From Patescibacteria group bacterium (lineage in GTDB: Bacteria > Patescibacteriota > Patescibacteriia > JAHIZJ01), in the NCBI GenBank assembly GCA_028714495.1, contig JAQTMH010000002.1, positions 7,219 through 71,218 of the forward strand: a stretch of DNA of 64,000 bases, read 5' to 3'. A program made the translations under genes and the position numbers. The notes below the pieces were generated by a model that saw only the letters and a program-made list of their open reading frames with translations, was not told the DNA's origin and ran no database searches. Position 1 is the first letter of the stretch, and each line of letters starts with the position of its first letter. Of the stretch, positions 18,252 through 27,404 are shown piece after piece.

Positions 18252-20543
18252 ATGCCCAGCGTTAGAACAGACATCAGTCCCTTTTTACTGCACAATCCTC
18301 AATCTAGCAATGAGGAAATTTCGCTTTTAGTCAGCCACCCGAGCCCCCAGGAGCTCCAGTCCCTGGGTCGCCTTTTTATGCTTCTGAAATTGTCGCCGGC
18401 CAATGAACAGACCAAGAAAATCATCGGCACCATTGAGCAGGAGGGGAAGCTTTTCTACTATCAACAGCTCGAGTCCAACGTTGAACTGGCATTTGAAACC
18501 ACGCTGAAAAAAATTAACGAGCTTCTGAGCAATTACCTCGAGCACGTCTCGGCTGAATGGCTGAATGACTTCAACGCGATTATCGGAGTAATCCGCGGCA
18601 GCGACATGTACTTCGCTCAAGTCGGCAATTTTCAGGCCTTTCTCATCCACCGCATGCGGGTGGTCAATATTCTCGAAAAAACCAAGGGCGCGGAAACCAG
18701 AATCAACCCTCTCAAAATATTTTCTCAGACTATTTCCGGCCAGCTAAACCCTGATGATGCCCTGGTTTTTTGCACCTCAACCGTGCTCGATTATCTTTCC
18801 TTGGAACGCCTCCGCACAATCATCCAGTCCTCCCCCACTTCCCAGGCAGCTCTGACTCTGGAAAACCTGCTCATGTCAAACAGCGATACCAGCGGTTTCG
18901 CGGCTTTGCTTATCAAATTAGTGCCGGAAACCATTGCCGTACCCTCGTTGGCCAGGACCAGCCAGCCCGGCTACAGCCGAGGAGCGCCCCAGGAGTCGAT
19001 GGAACAGCTTCGGAGCCGCGAATCTTCGACTACCGAGCTTCTGGCCCCTTCGAGCGCGCTGTTTTTCAAGAATCTATTTCGCCGAGCCGGAGACCGCATC
19101 GGAAAAATCTCTGAAAATATCGGCCTTAAGCCAAAGATTTCCCAGCGCCACCGCCCGACAGAAGTTCAGTACTATGCCCCAGTCCGGGAAAGCTATAAAC
19201 AGTCGCGGCGGCCGCGATATTCCTCACGCTTCGTTTACGTGTTGGGACGGATTCTGACCGGACTCCAGTTGACCGCGAATTTCTTGAAAAGAATGTTCCT
19301 GGGATTATTCGGCGTAATCAGCGGCCGAAAAAATATCACCCAAAAACTTCAGCATCTTCCAACCAACGCCTCGACCTCGGTTTCCAAGCAGATTGTCTTC
19401 TTCCAAAAACTCACTCGGCGCAGGAAAGTTCTGCTGCTGGTCTTTGTCCTGATAATTTTCATCTTCGCTCAAAGTGTGATTATTATAAACCGGAATAAGG
19501 AAACTAAAAAACAATTAGCCACTTACCAAGACTCTCTCAACCAGGCTACGACCAAGGAGCAGGACGCCGAGGCGGCCATGCTTTATGGCGACGAAAATAA
19601 TACCCGCACGCTTCTGAAACAGGCCACGGATCTGATAGCCAGCATACCGGAAAAGGAACGAGAGCACCGCTATCAGGCCGAGATCGCCGGGCTGATGACA
19701 AAAATTGACTCGCTCGCCCTCAAAACTAAGCATATCAACACCATCGCCGAGCCGACGCTGCTGGCTGATTTAGCGACGGCCGGCACCGAAGTTGCCGCTG
19801 GCGGCCTGGCCGGAATATTCGGCAGCGACATCGTCGCTTATTCAACAAATAAATCAGAACTTTACCAGGTGAATGTCGACGAGAAAAAGCCGGCCAGCAT
19901 CGCCTTCACCGAAGCCAAGGATCAAACTGTCCGCTTTTCCGCTCCCCTTTCGAATAATACGGCTCTGCTGTATTTATCCAACGACACTTTGCTCCAATAC
20001 AAATCAACTGACGATTCCTTCACTGCCCTGACTATCGATTTCGAAAACCAGGACCGGACCCTGGCGGGTATGGCAAGTTACCTTGACCGAATCTACACTC
20101 TCGACACGAAGAATAACCAGATCTTCCGCCATCAAAAATCCGGCAATCAATACCAAAAAGGCGCGAGCTGGCTGACCCAGGCTGAGGCGGATGTGAAAAA
20201 CGGGGTTGACCTCGCAATTGACGGCTCAGTCTTTGTCCTGAGATCAGACGGCCAGCTGACTAAATTCGTCCAGGGCGCGACTGATACGTCATTTTCCTTG
20301 AATGCGATTGATCCGGCCATCTCCAGCCCGACCAAGCTCTGGCTCGATGTAGACACTACCTATCTCTATATCCTCGAACCCAGCCAAAAACGCCTGCTCG
20401 TCTTCACCAAAACCGGCAAACTGAAAAACCAGTACGCTTCCAATGCTTTTGATAATCTTCTGGATATGGCAATAAACGAAAAGGACAAGAAGGCCTATTT
20501 GCTCAATGGGACAAAGATTTTCGGGGTGGATTTGCTGGAGTAG
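18252..20543 (+). CDS. Membrane protein: PP2C-like N-domain, TM helix, beta-propeller-like C-domain
   Basis: FAQVG...D.LVFC; one strong TM segment; IYTLD/LAIDGSVFVL/LYILE repeats. Confidence 0.7.
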   Translation: MPSVRTDISPFLLHNPQSSNEEISLLVSHPSPQELQSLGRLFMLLKLSPANEQTKKIIGTIEQEGKLFYYQQLESNVELAFETTLKKINELLSNYLEHVSAEWLNDFNAIIGVIRGSDMYFAQVGNFQAFLIHRMRVVNILEKTKGAETRINPLKIFSQTISGQLNPDDALVFCTSTVLDYLSLERLRTIIQSSPTSQAALTLENLLMSNSDTSGFAALLIKLVPETIAVPSLARTSQPGYSRGAPQESMEQLRSRESSTTELLAPSSALFFKNLFRRAGDRIGKISENIGLKPKISQRHRPTEVQYYAPVRESYKQSRRPRYSSRFVYVLGRILTGLQLTANFLKRMFLGLFGVISGRKNITQKLQHLPTNASTSVSKQIVFFQKLTRRRKVLLLVFVLIIFIFAQSVIIINRNKETKKQLATYQDSLNQATTKEQDAEAAMLYGDENNTRTLLKQATDLIASIPEKEREHRYQAEIAGLMTKIDSLALKTKHINTIAEPTLLADLATAGTEVAAGGLAGIFGSDIVAYSTNKSELYQVNVDEKKPASIAFTEAKDQTVRFSAPLSNNTALLYLSNDTLLQYKSTDDSFTALTIDFENQDRTLAGMASYLDRIYTLDTKNNQIFRHQKSGNQYQKGASWLTQAEADVKNGVDLAIDGSVFVLRSDGQLTKFVQGATDTSFSLNAIDPAISSPTKLWLDVDTTYLYILEPSQKRLLVFTKTGKLKNQYASNAFDNLLDMAINEKDKKAYLLNGTKIFGVDLLE

Positions 20544-20669
20544 GTAAAAAAGTTATTTTAGGCAAAAGTATTAACCAATCCCTCCCTCCATTAAAGAGGG
20601 CTTTTTGGTTAGTGGAATATCTGGCATTATTTCGCGAAACATGCAATAATAGGGGTGTTATAAGCCTTT

Positions 20670-20697
20670 AGTTCGCATAATAACTAGTTATGGTGCG
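20670..20697 (+). mobile_element. Candidate attI-like or dif-like recombination site at the head of the cassette array
   Basis: AGTTCGCATAA-TAACTA-GTTATGG: GCATAAT-5bp-GTT layout; the left arm also resembles a XerC arm. Confidence 0.4.
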
Positions 20698-20746
20698 CCT
20701 GCTTTCGAAAATCTGGAAGCCGCCCACTTTACTATATTAAACATCC

Positions 20747-21436
20747 ATGGACTGGAGAGTTTTCCTAAAAAAGGATGATGTCGAATATCGCGCCTTTAAA
20801 ATCGTACAAGGTGCAAGTTTGGATATTACATTTATTCCAAAGACTTCCCTCTGGATATCAAAAGAACATCTTATTGGGTATAATATAGGGGATCAATTAC
20901 TACTTCAGGTTGAAAGCGATCAAGGCTTTGTAAATCACTACAGCGCGCATTCTCGAACTGGACAGAGACATATTAAGATCTCCGATCAACCCTACGCCAT
21001 CGAACCGTTTCACGGTCAACCCTTTAGAAAAATAGACCAGGTCATTCCTCTTTTGACCTACATTGCCGTTACTACTCCATCCACCAAGGAAGCCCCCTCA
21101 AAAGGTAAATGGTACGGATACACAATCCCTGAGAACGTCAATTACTGTATTTTTGACCTAATTGCATTTCCCAAAGGCTCGAACCTTAATATTAACTTTC
21201 AGCTCGGTACAGTCGTAAATACGAAGAAGTCGATAGAGACTTTTGGCCAAAAGATCCTCGAATTTCGCAACTGCAATATTTGTGTCCTGCTTCGGACTAG
21301 CACTCATGACAAATCAACGTTAAAACAGAATGTGCTCATACAACAGAACGAGGGTATAACCACCTCGATAGTGAGAGTTATGGACAATCAGGTTCTTCTC
21401 ACCGTTGCTGAGACTCAAATTGGGAACGTTAGTTAG
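20747..21436 (+). CDS. Hypothetical protein (integron-type gene cassette)
   Basis: 229-aa ORF followed by an attC site. Confidence 0.7.
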   Translation: MDWRVFLKKDDVEYRAFKIVQGASLDITFIPKTSLWISKEHLIGYNIGDQLLLQVESDQGFVNHYSAHSRTGQRHIKISDQPYAIEPFHGQPFRKIDQVIPLLTYIAVTTPSTKEAPSKGKWYGYTIPENVNYCIFDLIAFPKGSNLNINFQLGTVVNTKKSIETFGQKILEFRNCNICVLLRTSTHDKSTLKQNVLIQQNEGITTSIVRVMDNQVLLTVAETQIGNVS

Positions 21437-21467
21437 CTACTTAGGTCAAAACCCGGCGCGCCACTTC

Positions 21468-21524
21468 ATCTAACAGCGTGTATACGACATACGAGTACGG
21501 TCGCATGACACGCAAACGTTAGAC
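21468..21524 (+). mobile_element. Integron attC site
   Basis: ATCTAAC (RYYYAAC-like) ... GCGTGT/ACACGC and CGAC/GTCG arms with an extra G ... GTTAGAC (GTTRRRY); 57 bp. Confidence 0.75.
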
Positions 21525-21569
21525 GAAATTCAAAAATCAAGCCTACCAGAAGTATAATAATATATTTAT

Positions 21570-21950
21570 ATGAAAACCACTAAAAATTATCAAATTCTGA
21601 TTGGATTAATCTTTTTTGTTTTGCTATTATCGGGATGTTCATACAAAAAAAGTGAGCAACAACCCCTTCCATCTGAGCAAGATAAATTATCCTCACTGAG
21701 TGGCATCTTTAGAAGCGTTAAAGGAGTTATGGATCCTTTAAGTTGTTATTGTTTAAACAGTGGATACTTGATTACAAAAGATAATAAAGAAGTACCGGTC
21801 TGTTTTGAAGACAATGATAAAGATATTCAGTGCAATCAAATAACGATTATGGGAGATTATGAAACAAAAAAAATTAATCCAGAATCAACAAATCCTTGTC
21901 CTGCTGGAGAAATGACTTATTTTAATGCTTTATCTTATTCATGCAACTAA
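21570..21950 (+). CDS. Cys-rich lipoprotein (cassette gene)
   Basis: Lipobox LLSGC; six further Cys. Confidence 0.75.
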   Translation: MKTTKNYQILIGLIFFVLLLSGCSYKKSEQQPLPSEQDKLSSLSGIFRSVKGVMDPLSCYCLNSGYLITKDNKEVPVCFEDNDKDIQCNQITIMGDYETKKINPESTNPCPAGEMTYFNALSYSCN

Positions 21951-22021
21951 ACGATTTTTAATTCTTGAACATCGTCTAGTACGGGCTAGCCGGTTCGCGA
22001 GCTAAATACTAACAAATACTC

Positions 22022-22372
22022 ATGAACGAAAGATTTCAAGAAGAAAGGCTGGGAGAAACCCCAAAATCAATTGATGCTTACATCAGTCGCCATCATCGGG
22101 CTGATGAGGCTCGGGACATAGAAGAGCGTAGTTATAGCGAGCTAGGTTTATCGACTGTTCGTCCTCAAGATGTAGCGGTTGGAGATGTAATATATCTCAA
22201 ACGTGGCAGTAAATATTTTCCGTGCAGAGCCGTCGATCGGGGCGGTTCCTTGGGTCTTGAGACGATTGAGCAAATGCCAAGCAGTATCGGCGGCACGCAA
22301 CTCCCTGCTGGTGATTTTCTCCCAATGCAAATGTTTGACCCAGATAGTGAAGAGTTCTACGTAAAATCCTGA
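22022..22372 (+). CDS. Hypothetical protein
   Basis: 116-aa ORF co-oriented with the array. Confidence 0.6.
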   Translation: MNERFQEERLGETPKSIDAYISRHHRADEARDIEERSYSELGLSTVRPQDVAVGDVIYLKRGSKYFPCRAVDRGGSLGLETIEQMPSSIGGTQLPAGDFLPMQMFDPDSEEFYVKS

Positions 22373-22382
22373 AAATTATATT

Positions 22383-22910
22383 ATGATAAAAATTGAAGAA
22401 ATCTTACAACTAAAAATAAAACCAAAGGAAAAGCAAACGAAGCTAGTCGAAACCGTTGTTTCAAAGAAAATATCGGCAAAAGAATTTATTGCGTTTTTTG
22501 AGTCTGCTTCTGATGTTGATAAAGGCACTTGCGCTGATGTGATGAAGCATGTTTCGGCGAAAAGCCCCGCAATACTTATGCCGTATATTGATGTTCTCGT
22601 GAAATACATCAATTACAAAGCTCCGCGGGTCAAATGGGGCGTGCCGGAGGCGATTGGCAATATGGCAAAAGATTATCCTGATAAAACAGCAAAGGCTATC
22701 CCCCATCTTCTTGAAAATACCACTGATGACATAATAAATACCACGGTGATAAAATGGTGCGCCGCTTTTGCTTTTTCGGAAATCGCTAAACATAATCCCA
22801 AAACCAGAAAACAGCTGAGGCCGATTTTTGAAAAGATAATAAAAGGAGAGAAGAATAACGGGGTTAAGAATGTTTATGTTAAAGCAATAAAAACAATTGA
22901 AAAACAGTGA
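22383..22910 (+). CDS. HEAT/ARM-repeat-like protein
   Basis: PRVKW...AIGN.A, VIKWCAAFAFSEIA helical repeats. Confidence 0.7.
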   Translation: MIKIEEILQLKIKPKEKQTKLVETVVSKKISAKEFIAFFESASDVDKGTCADVMKHVSAKSPAILMPYIDVLVKYINYKAPRVKWGVPEAIGNMAKDYPDKTAKAIPHLLENTTDDIINTTVIKWCAAFAFSEIAKHNPKTRKQLRPIFEKIIKGEKNNGVKNVYVKAIKTIEKQ

Positions 22911-23020
22911 TGCGATTATTCAATAATAAAAAGGACTTGGGAAAAACAGCACATAACAGCGCATAAGACAGGACTCGTTGAGTGAAATCACCAAGCCGAA
23001 TATTTTAAAAAACATTCTTC

Positions 23021-23440
23021 ATGGATTCATTTGGACAAAAATATGGAATAAAAGAAGATGATAAGGTAAAAGACTACCATCGAAGCCGAAGAATGTTTTG
23101 TATTTATCAAGGCAAGCTTTATATCGCGGATCAAAATTTGTCGTATTCCCATGCCACCTGGTTTGAAAAGGAGGGCTGGACAGCAAATGAAAGAGATGGA
23201 TTGATGGATAAAATAACCAGGGGCATAATTGATGATCAGGGCGATATATATTTTTACGCCGGTTTTGATTTCAGGGTAAATGATGAAATCGAATCTATCT
23301 TTTTCGCCCACCTTAAAGAGCTGGTTGAGAAATTAAAACTAGACGCCCGCGCTCGGATATTTGGAGGCACAATAAAATCGGAACCCGGAAAAAAATGGCC
23401 GCCAGCTAAAGAATACGGCACAATAAAAGATTATCTATGA
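23021..23440 (+). CDS. Hypothetical protein
   Basis: 139-aa ORF in the array. Confidence 0.65.
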   Translation: MDSFGQKYGIKEDDKVKDYHRSRRMFCIYQGKLYIADQNLSYSHATWFEKEGWTANERDGLMDKITRGIIDDQGDIYFYAGFDFRVNDEIESIFFAHLKELVEKLKLDARARIFGGTIKSEPGKKWPPAKEYGTIKDYL

Positions 23441-23526
23441 ATTGATGCGTGGCCACTGCTTAAGTGAAATAACCGTAATTATCTGTCATTAACATTAAAC
23501 GATAAGTTCTTACTTACCATCATAAT

Positions 23527-23877
23527 ATGGGAGAAATACTAAAATTTAATCCAAATAGACAAACAGGTGGTGAAAATGGTCAACCGGAGAGCGAGCTAAT
23601 AATGCCTGACGCTGATCGGGTTGATTTTTTTACGAAATTCCTGTCAGACGGAAGCGCTGGAAAATTAATGAGCCTGGATGCTTCAACATCATCATCACGA
23701 CAATCTCGTGAAATAGTAACAAGCTACACGTTTGATGAACTATTTGACTGGCTGGAAAAGTCTAGTGAAAACGACTGGAAAATAAGACCCGCATTTTACC
23801 AAGCTGTTTTTGAAGAATTAAAATCTAGATTAGACCATATACTGAAAAAATTTCATCTGGAAAATAAAAAGGAGTAA
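23527..23877 (+). CDS. Hypothetical protein
   Basis: 116-aa ORF in the array. Confidence 0.6.
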   Translation: MGEILKFNPNRQTGGENGQPESELIMPDADRVDFFTKFLSDGSAGKLMSLDASTSSSRQSREIVTSYTFDELFDWLEKSSENDWKIRPAFYQAVFEELKSRLDHILKKFHLENKKE

Positions 23878-23887
23878 TTTCTGCTAA

Positions 23888-24484
23888 ATGCATAATTTTG
23901 CTCGTATGGATGCAAAAATTGAAAAACGTATTCAAGAATTAGTAAAAGAAGAGATATCTATCGTCCCCTACAATCCGAATTGGCCCCGAATGTTTGAAGA
24001 TGAGGCGGATTTTTTACGCGCGAAACTGCCGAAGAATCTAGTCAAAAGAATCGAACATTTCGGGAGCACGGCCGTACCGGGATTATCAGCTAAGCCGATT
24101 ATTGATATTTTGGTTGAGACCACAAGTCTGGAAGAAACTAAAAAGCAAATCGTGCCTATTTTAATTGCCGAGGGGTATGAATACTTTTGGCGGCCGGCAA
24201 TCGGCGATCAGCCGCCGTACTATGCCTGGTTTATTAAACGGGGCGCCCAAGGCCAGCGCACCCACCACATCCACATGGTTGAGTCGGATTCAGAGCTGTG
24301 GGATCGGCTGTATTTCCGGGATTATCTCCGGCAATTTCCCGAGGAGGCCCGGCGCTATGACGAACTCAAGCGTGACCTGTCAAATAAATATTCCCACGAC
24401 CGAGTCAAATACACCGTGGCCAAAAGCGATTATATCCAGACGGTGACGGAAAAGGCGAAGAAGTATTACCAAAATTTAAATTAA
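23888..24484 (+). CDS. GrpB (UPF0157) family protein
   Basis: IEHFGSTAVPGLSAKPIIDI, THHIH, FRDYLR...Y..LK. Confidence 0.93.
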   Translation: MHNFARMDAKIEKRIQELVKEEISIVPYNPNWPRMFEDEADFLRAKLPKNLVKRIEHFGSTAVPGLSAKPIIDILVETTSLEETKKQIVPILIAEGYEYFWRPAIGDQPPYYAWFIKRGAQGQRTHHIHMVESDSELWDRLYFRDYLRQFPEEARRYDELKRDLSNKYSHDRVKYTVAKSDYIQTVTEKAKKYYQNLN

Positions 24485-24507
24485 CATTCGCTTAATCAAT
24501 AAACATT

Positions 24508-24527
24508 CACCTTTTAGCTAAAAGGTG
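24508..24527. repeat. 20-bp palindrome, copy 2 (CACCTTTTAGCTAAAAGGTG)
   Basis: Perfect palindrome; may also act as a terminator for the GrpB gene. Confidence 0.8.
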
Positions 24528-24574
24528 TTTTTTATTCCAAAAGAAAAAGGACTGTCCAGGAGACAGTCCTTGTG

Positions 24575-24730
24575 AAAAAAATGGGGGCTGGGTAGCCAGC
24601 TGGCCTGACGAAGAAATCCGACCTTGCTCGGAACGCACCCCTAGGGTTCTGACCCTGCCAGATTCAGGCTTCTGTCGTCAGCCAATGCCGCCCGCCTGCT
24701 GTCTGGCGCGCTCCCAGCCACCCACAACGA
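24575..24730 (-). ncRNA. Candidate ~150-nt structured ncRNA
   Basis: TTGACA(24775)-17-TAATAT; nested stems GGCTGGG/CCCAGCC, GCCAG/CTGGC, TGACGA/TCGTCA; ends in T7. Confidence 0.55.
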
Positions 24731-24822
24731 GCGAATTTATAAAAATATATTAAACTATTCTGTTTTTAGTGTCAAGAAAAGTTATCAACACACAAATATT
24801 GAACCATTGGATTACCAGGCTG

Positions 24823-25099
24823 AAAAAGAAAAACCCCCGACGCGCGCATCGGGGGCACCCTACATTCCGGCACGGCAACTTCGGCCGTGACCGGTTGTCA
24901 GCGAGAAATCGGGTGGGTTTTCCTCGCTACCCGCCGGACAAAACATCCTGGAAAGGCGGCAGGCCAGCCTAGAACTCCAGGAACCCAGTATGAGGACATT
25001 GGTTGCCTTAGAAGGTTGTTGCCCATGACGAGCCACTGGGAAGCTCCGGGCAATCCGGCAACCGTCTCTCCGCAAGGTATAGCCAGTGTTGCTGGTTAG
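24823..25099 (-). ncRNA. Candidate structured 3' RNA ending in an intrinsic terminator
   Basis: Successive hairpins (GGTTGCC/GGCAACC, AGCGAG/CTCGCT, CACGGC/GCCGTG), then CCCCCGA/TCGGGGG plus a T-tract. Confidence 0.45.
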
Positions 25100-25402
25100 C
25101 TATGGTGCTCTTGCCACGACACGCTCACGACGAACTGTAAAATCCCCGCCGCAGTTGTAACAATGGCATGTTACGTCGCGAGTCTGGTAGATGTCACCAC
25201 AAGACGTCTTTTTGTAGTTTCCCTCAGCGCTTCTCATGCCTAAAGCCGCCGCTATGCTGTAGCCCGCGCAGATGCAGCGCGCGTCCTCAACGTGTTCAGG
25301 ATTCACAACAGCCCACCTCTTGAGTTTCACGTTGTACGAATTGCATTCGGGACAGGCTGTACCTCTGAAAAAAGCAACCATGATTCTAAAGAGCTTGGAC
25401 AC
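25100..25402 (-). CDS. Small zinc-ribbon-like protein (~100 aa)
   Basis: CPEC...CYNC; GTG start 5 nt after AAGGAGG; promoter TTGACA-17-TACCTT. Confidence 0.65.
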   Translation of the reverse strand: MSKLFRIMVAFFRGTACPECNSYNVKLKRWAVVNPEHVEDARCICAGYSIAAALGMRSAEGNYKKTSCGDIYQTRDVTCHCYNCGGDFTVRRERVVARAP

Positions 25403-25506
25403 ATCAGCCTCCTTCAATTTGGTTCCTGCATAGGCCCCTGGGAAGACTTCAGTCAATACGGTAATTTAAGGTATCATACAAAAATAATTATGTCAAGTAT
25501 ATAAAA

Positions 25507-25534
25507 GCAGGCGGGCAAACGTTTGCCCGCCTAC
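25507..25534. repeat. GTAG-type REP-like palindrome (related copy at 36131-36158)
   Basis: GCAGGCGGGCAAACGTTTGCCCGCCTAC versus GCAGGCGAACAAGCGCTTGTTCGCCTAC. Confidence 0.6.
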
Positions 25535-25551
25535 ATCTATTTTTTTCTTAA

Positions 25552-25962
25552 TTATTTCAGAGTCACTGTCGCGCCTGCCTCTTCCAGTTTCTTTTTCAAT
25601 TCCTCAGCCTGTTCCTTGGGCACGTCTTCTTTTACTACCACCGGCGCTGACTCGACCAGCTTTTTCGAATCCTGGAGACCTTTTTCAGTAATCTCCTTGA
25701 CGACCTTGATGACCGAAATCTTGTTTGATCCGGCGCTGGTCAGCTCAACGTTGAAAGCGCTCTTTTCTTCGGCTTCAGCGGCTCCGGCGCCCGCTGCCGG
25801 ACCAGCCGCCATCATCATCGGAGCGGAGGCGGATACGCCGAATTTGTCCTCGAGAATTTTTACGAGTTCAGCCAGCTCTAGCACGCTCATTTTTTCGATT
25901 TGCTCAATGAGCGGCTTGAACTTTTCCGGAACTACGATGTCTTTTTTTGCTTCGTCTGCCAT
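25552..25962 (-). CDS. rplL: 50S ribosomal protein L7/L12
   Basis: [38 protein letters not shown]. Confidence 0.98.
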   Translation of the reverse strand: MADEAKKDIVVPEKFKPLIEQIEKMSVLELAELVKILEDKFGVSASAPMMMAAGPAAGAGAAEAEEKSAFNVELTSAGSNKISVIKVVKEITEKGLQDSKKLVESAPVVVKEDVPKEQAEELKKKLEEAGATVTLK

Positions 25963-26000
25963 AGAGTTCAATTTAAAATTAATAATTTATAATTAAAAAT

Positions 26001-26528
26001 TTAGGAAGCTGGTTTTTTATTGGCGATCGCTTTCAAGGCATAGACCAATCCTCGGAGATTACCGCCTAAAACGTTCACAAAGCCCGTAATCGGCGCTTTA
26101 ATCGTAGCCACAGTCTTAGCAATGAGTTCCAGCCTGGTTGGCAAGCTGGCCAAAGCCTGAATTCTTTCTTGATCCAAGCTCTTGCCCTCAAGAAAGCCGG
26201 CGATCAGCTGAATCTGGGGATTCTCCTTTGAAAAAGTTTTTAAAACCTTCGCGGCTGTCACCTCGTCATGGCTGAAAGCCAATCCAGTCAAGCCCTTGAT
26301 AGCCTCGATATCCGCGCCTTCATACTTTAATTCAGCCAGCGCCCGGCGGAGCAGGGTTTTCTTGACCATGACCAGTTCGGCGTCCTGGCCGCGAAGCTCT
26401 TTTCTCAAGGCCTCGGCTTTTTTGACAGTCAATCCCTCAAGCGAAGCTAAAACAGTCAGGAGGTTTTCTTTAGCCTTTTTCACTATTGCCGTCACGTCTT
26501 TTTCCTTTTTTTGTCGTGTTTTGGCCAT
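26001..26528 (-). CDS. rplJ: 50S ribosomal protein L10
   Basis: GLTV....LRKELR, VKKTLLRRA, LASLPTR. Confidence 0.97.
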   Translation of the reverse strand: MAKTRQKKEKDVTAIVKKAKENLLTVLASLEGLTVKKAEALRKELRGQDAELVMVKKTLLRRALAELKYEGADIEAIKGLTGLAFSHDEVTAAKVLKTFSKENPQIQLIAGFLEGKSLDQERIQALASLPTRLELIAKTVATIKAPITGFVNVLGGNLRGLVYALKAIANKKPAS

Positions 26529-26552
26529 AAATGTATTTAAAAAATCTGCTTT

Positions 26553-26650
26553 CCCGCAGACATAAAAAGGTTATTATTTACCTCGGAAGGCTTATTTTTA
26601 ACCCCGTACCGGAGCGTTAGCGACTGGTATAGGGACCCTCTGTCTGCGGT
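26553..26650 (-). promoter_or_regulatory. L10 leader (rplJL autoregulatory RNA)
   Basis: ACCGCAGACAGAGGG...TTAA...CCTTCCGAGG...TGTCTGCGG directly upstream of rplJ. Confidence 0.8.
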
Positions 26651-26705
26651 ATTTATCCTATTATATCAAATGAGCAATTTGTGTCAAATATTAAGAAATA
26701 GGCCC

Positions 26706-27404
26706 TTATTTATCTCTTTTTATTAGCGTACCTCGGAATGGCTGGTCAGCCAAATGGCGGATGAACTGACCGAGTTTCCGGCCATTTATTATGGCAACAT
26801 TGAGACGATTCTTCTGGGCCAGACGCGAAGCAATCGGATCAAACGGGGTATTGAGCCGCGGACTCCAGCGGCTGGGGATCATTTTCAAATATTTTGACCA
26901 AGTGGTTTCAAGCACTCGCTTGGCCTCGGGAAATTTTCGGGGATCTTTGGTATAGACGAAATCAATGTTAGTCAGATTTATAATCTCCGAACAGCCAAAG
27001 GTACTGGCCAGCAAGACCGCGTCTTTATCCGTCGAGCAACCCGGCTTCCACCCGCAGGCGCAGATAATCGGCTGTTTCGCTTTTATCCGACGGGTTGGAT
27101 TAGTCAATACTTCCGGATGAGCGAATCCACCAAAAATTATCCTGATTAACTCCGCGTGAAATCTGGTCGCCGCAATACCTAGTCGATCAAGCTCAATCGG
27201 CTTTGGCTGAATTACCTTTTTAACCGCCTGATTGTACTGCTTGTTTAGTTGGCCGCCGCCGGTAACGATAATCGCCTGCCGTTTTTTCGCCACGATGTGT
27301 TTTAATACTATCTGCCGAAATTTTTTTAAAAAATTTATGTCTAGATAGCCGGGCCGCGGCGACATGATTGACCCGCCCAACGAAATGATAATCCGATTGT
27401 TCAT
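26706..27404 (-). CDS. pyrH: UMP kinase, archaeal-type
   Basis: SLGGS, VTGGG, D.LGI.ATR, PGCSTD..AVLLA, DP+ASRLA. Confidence 0.92.
   Translation of the reverse strand: MNNRIIISLGGSIMSPRPGYLDINFLKKFRQIVLKHIVAKKRQAIIVTGGGQLNKQYNQAVKKVIQPKPIELDRLGIAATRFHAELIRIIFGGFAHPEVLTNPTRRIKAKQPIICACGWKPGCSTDKDAVLLASTFGCSEIINLTNIDFVYTKDPRKFPEAKRVLETTWSKYLKMIPSRWSPRLNTPFDPIASRLAQKNRLNVAIINGRKLGQFIRHLADQPFRGTLIKRDK

Noticed and set aside
20670-20697. Chromosomal dif site marking the replication terminus
   Set aside because: Only the XerC-like arm matches and gene strand bias does not switch here; kept only as a candidate att site
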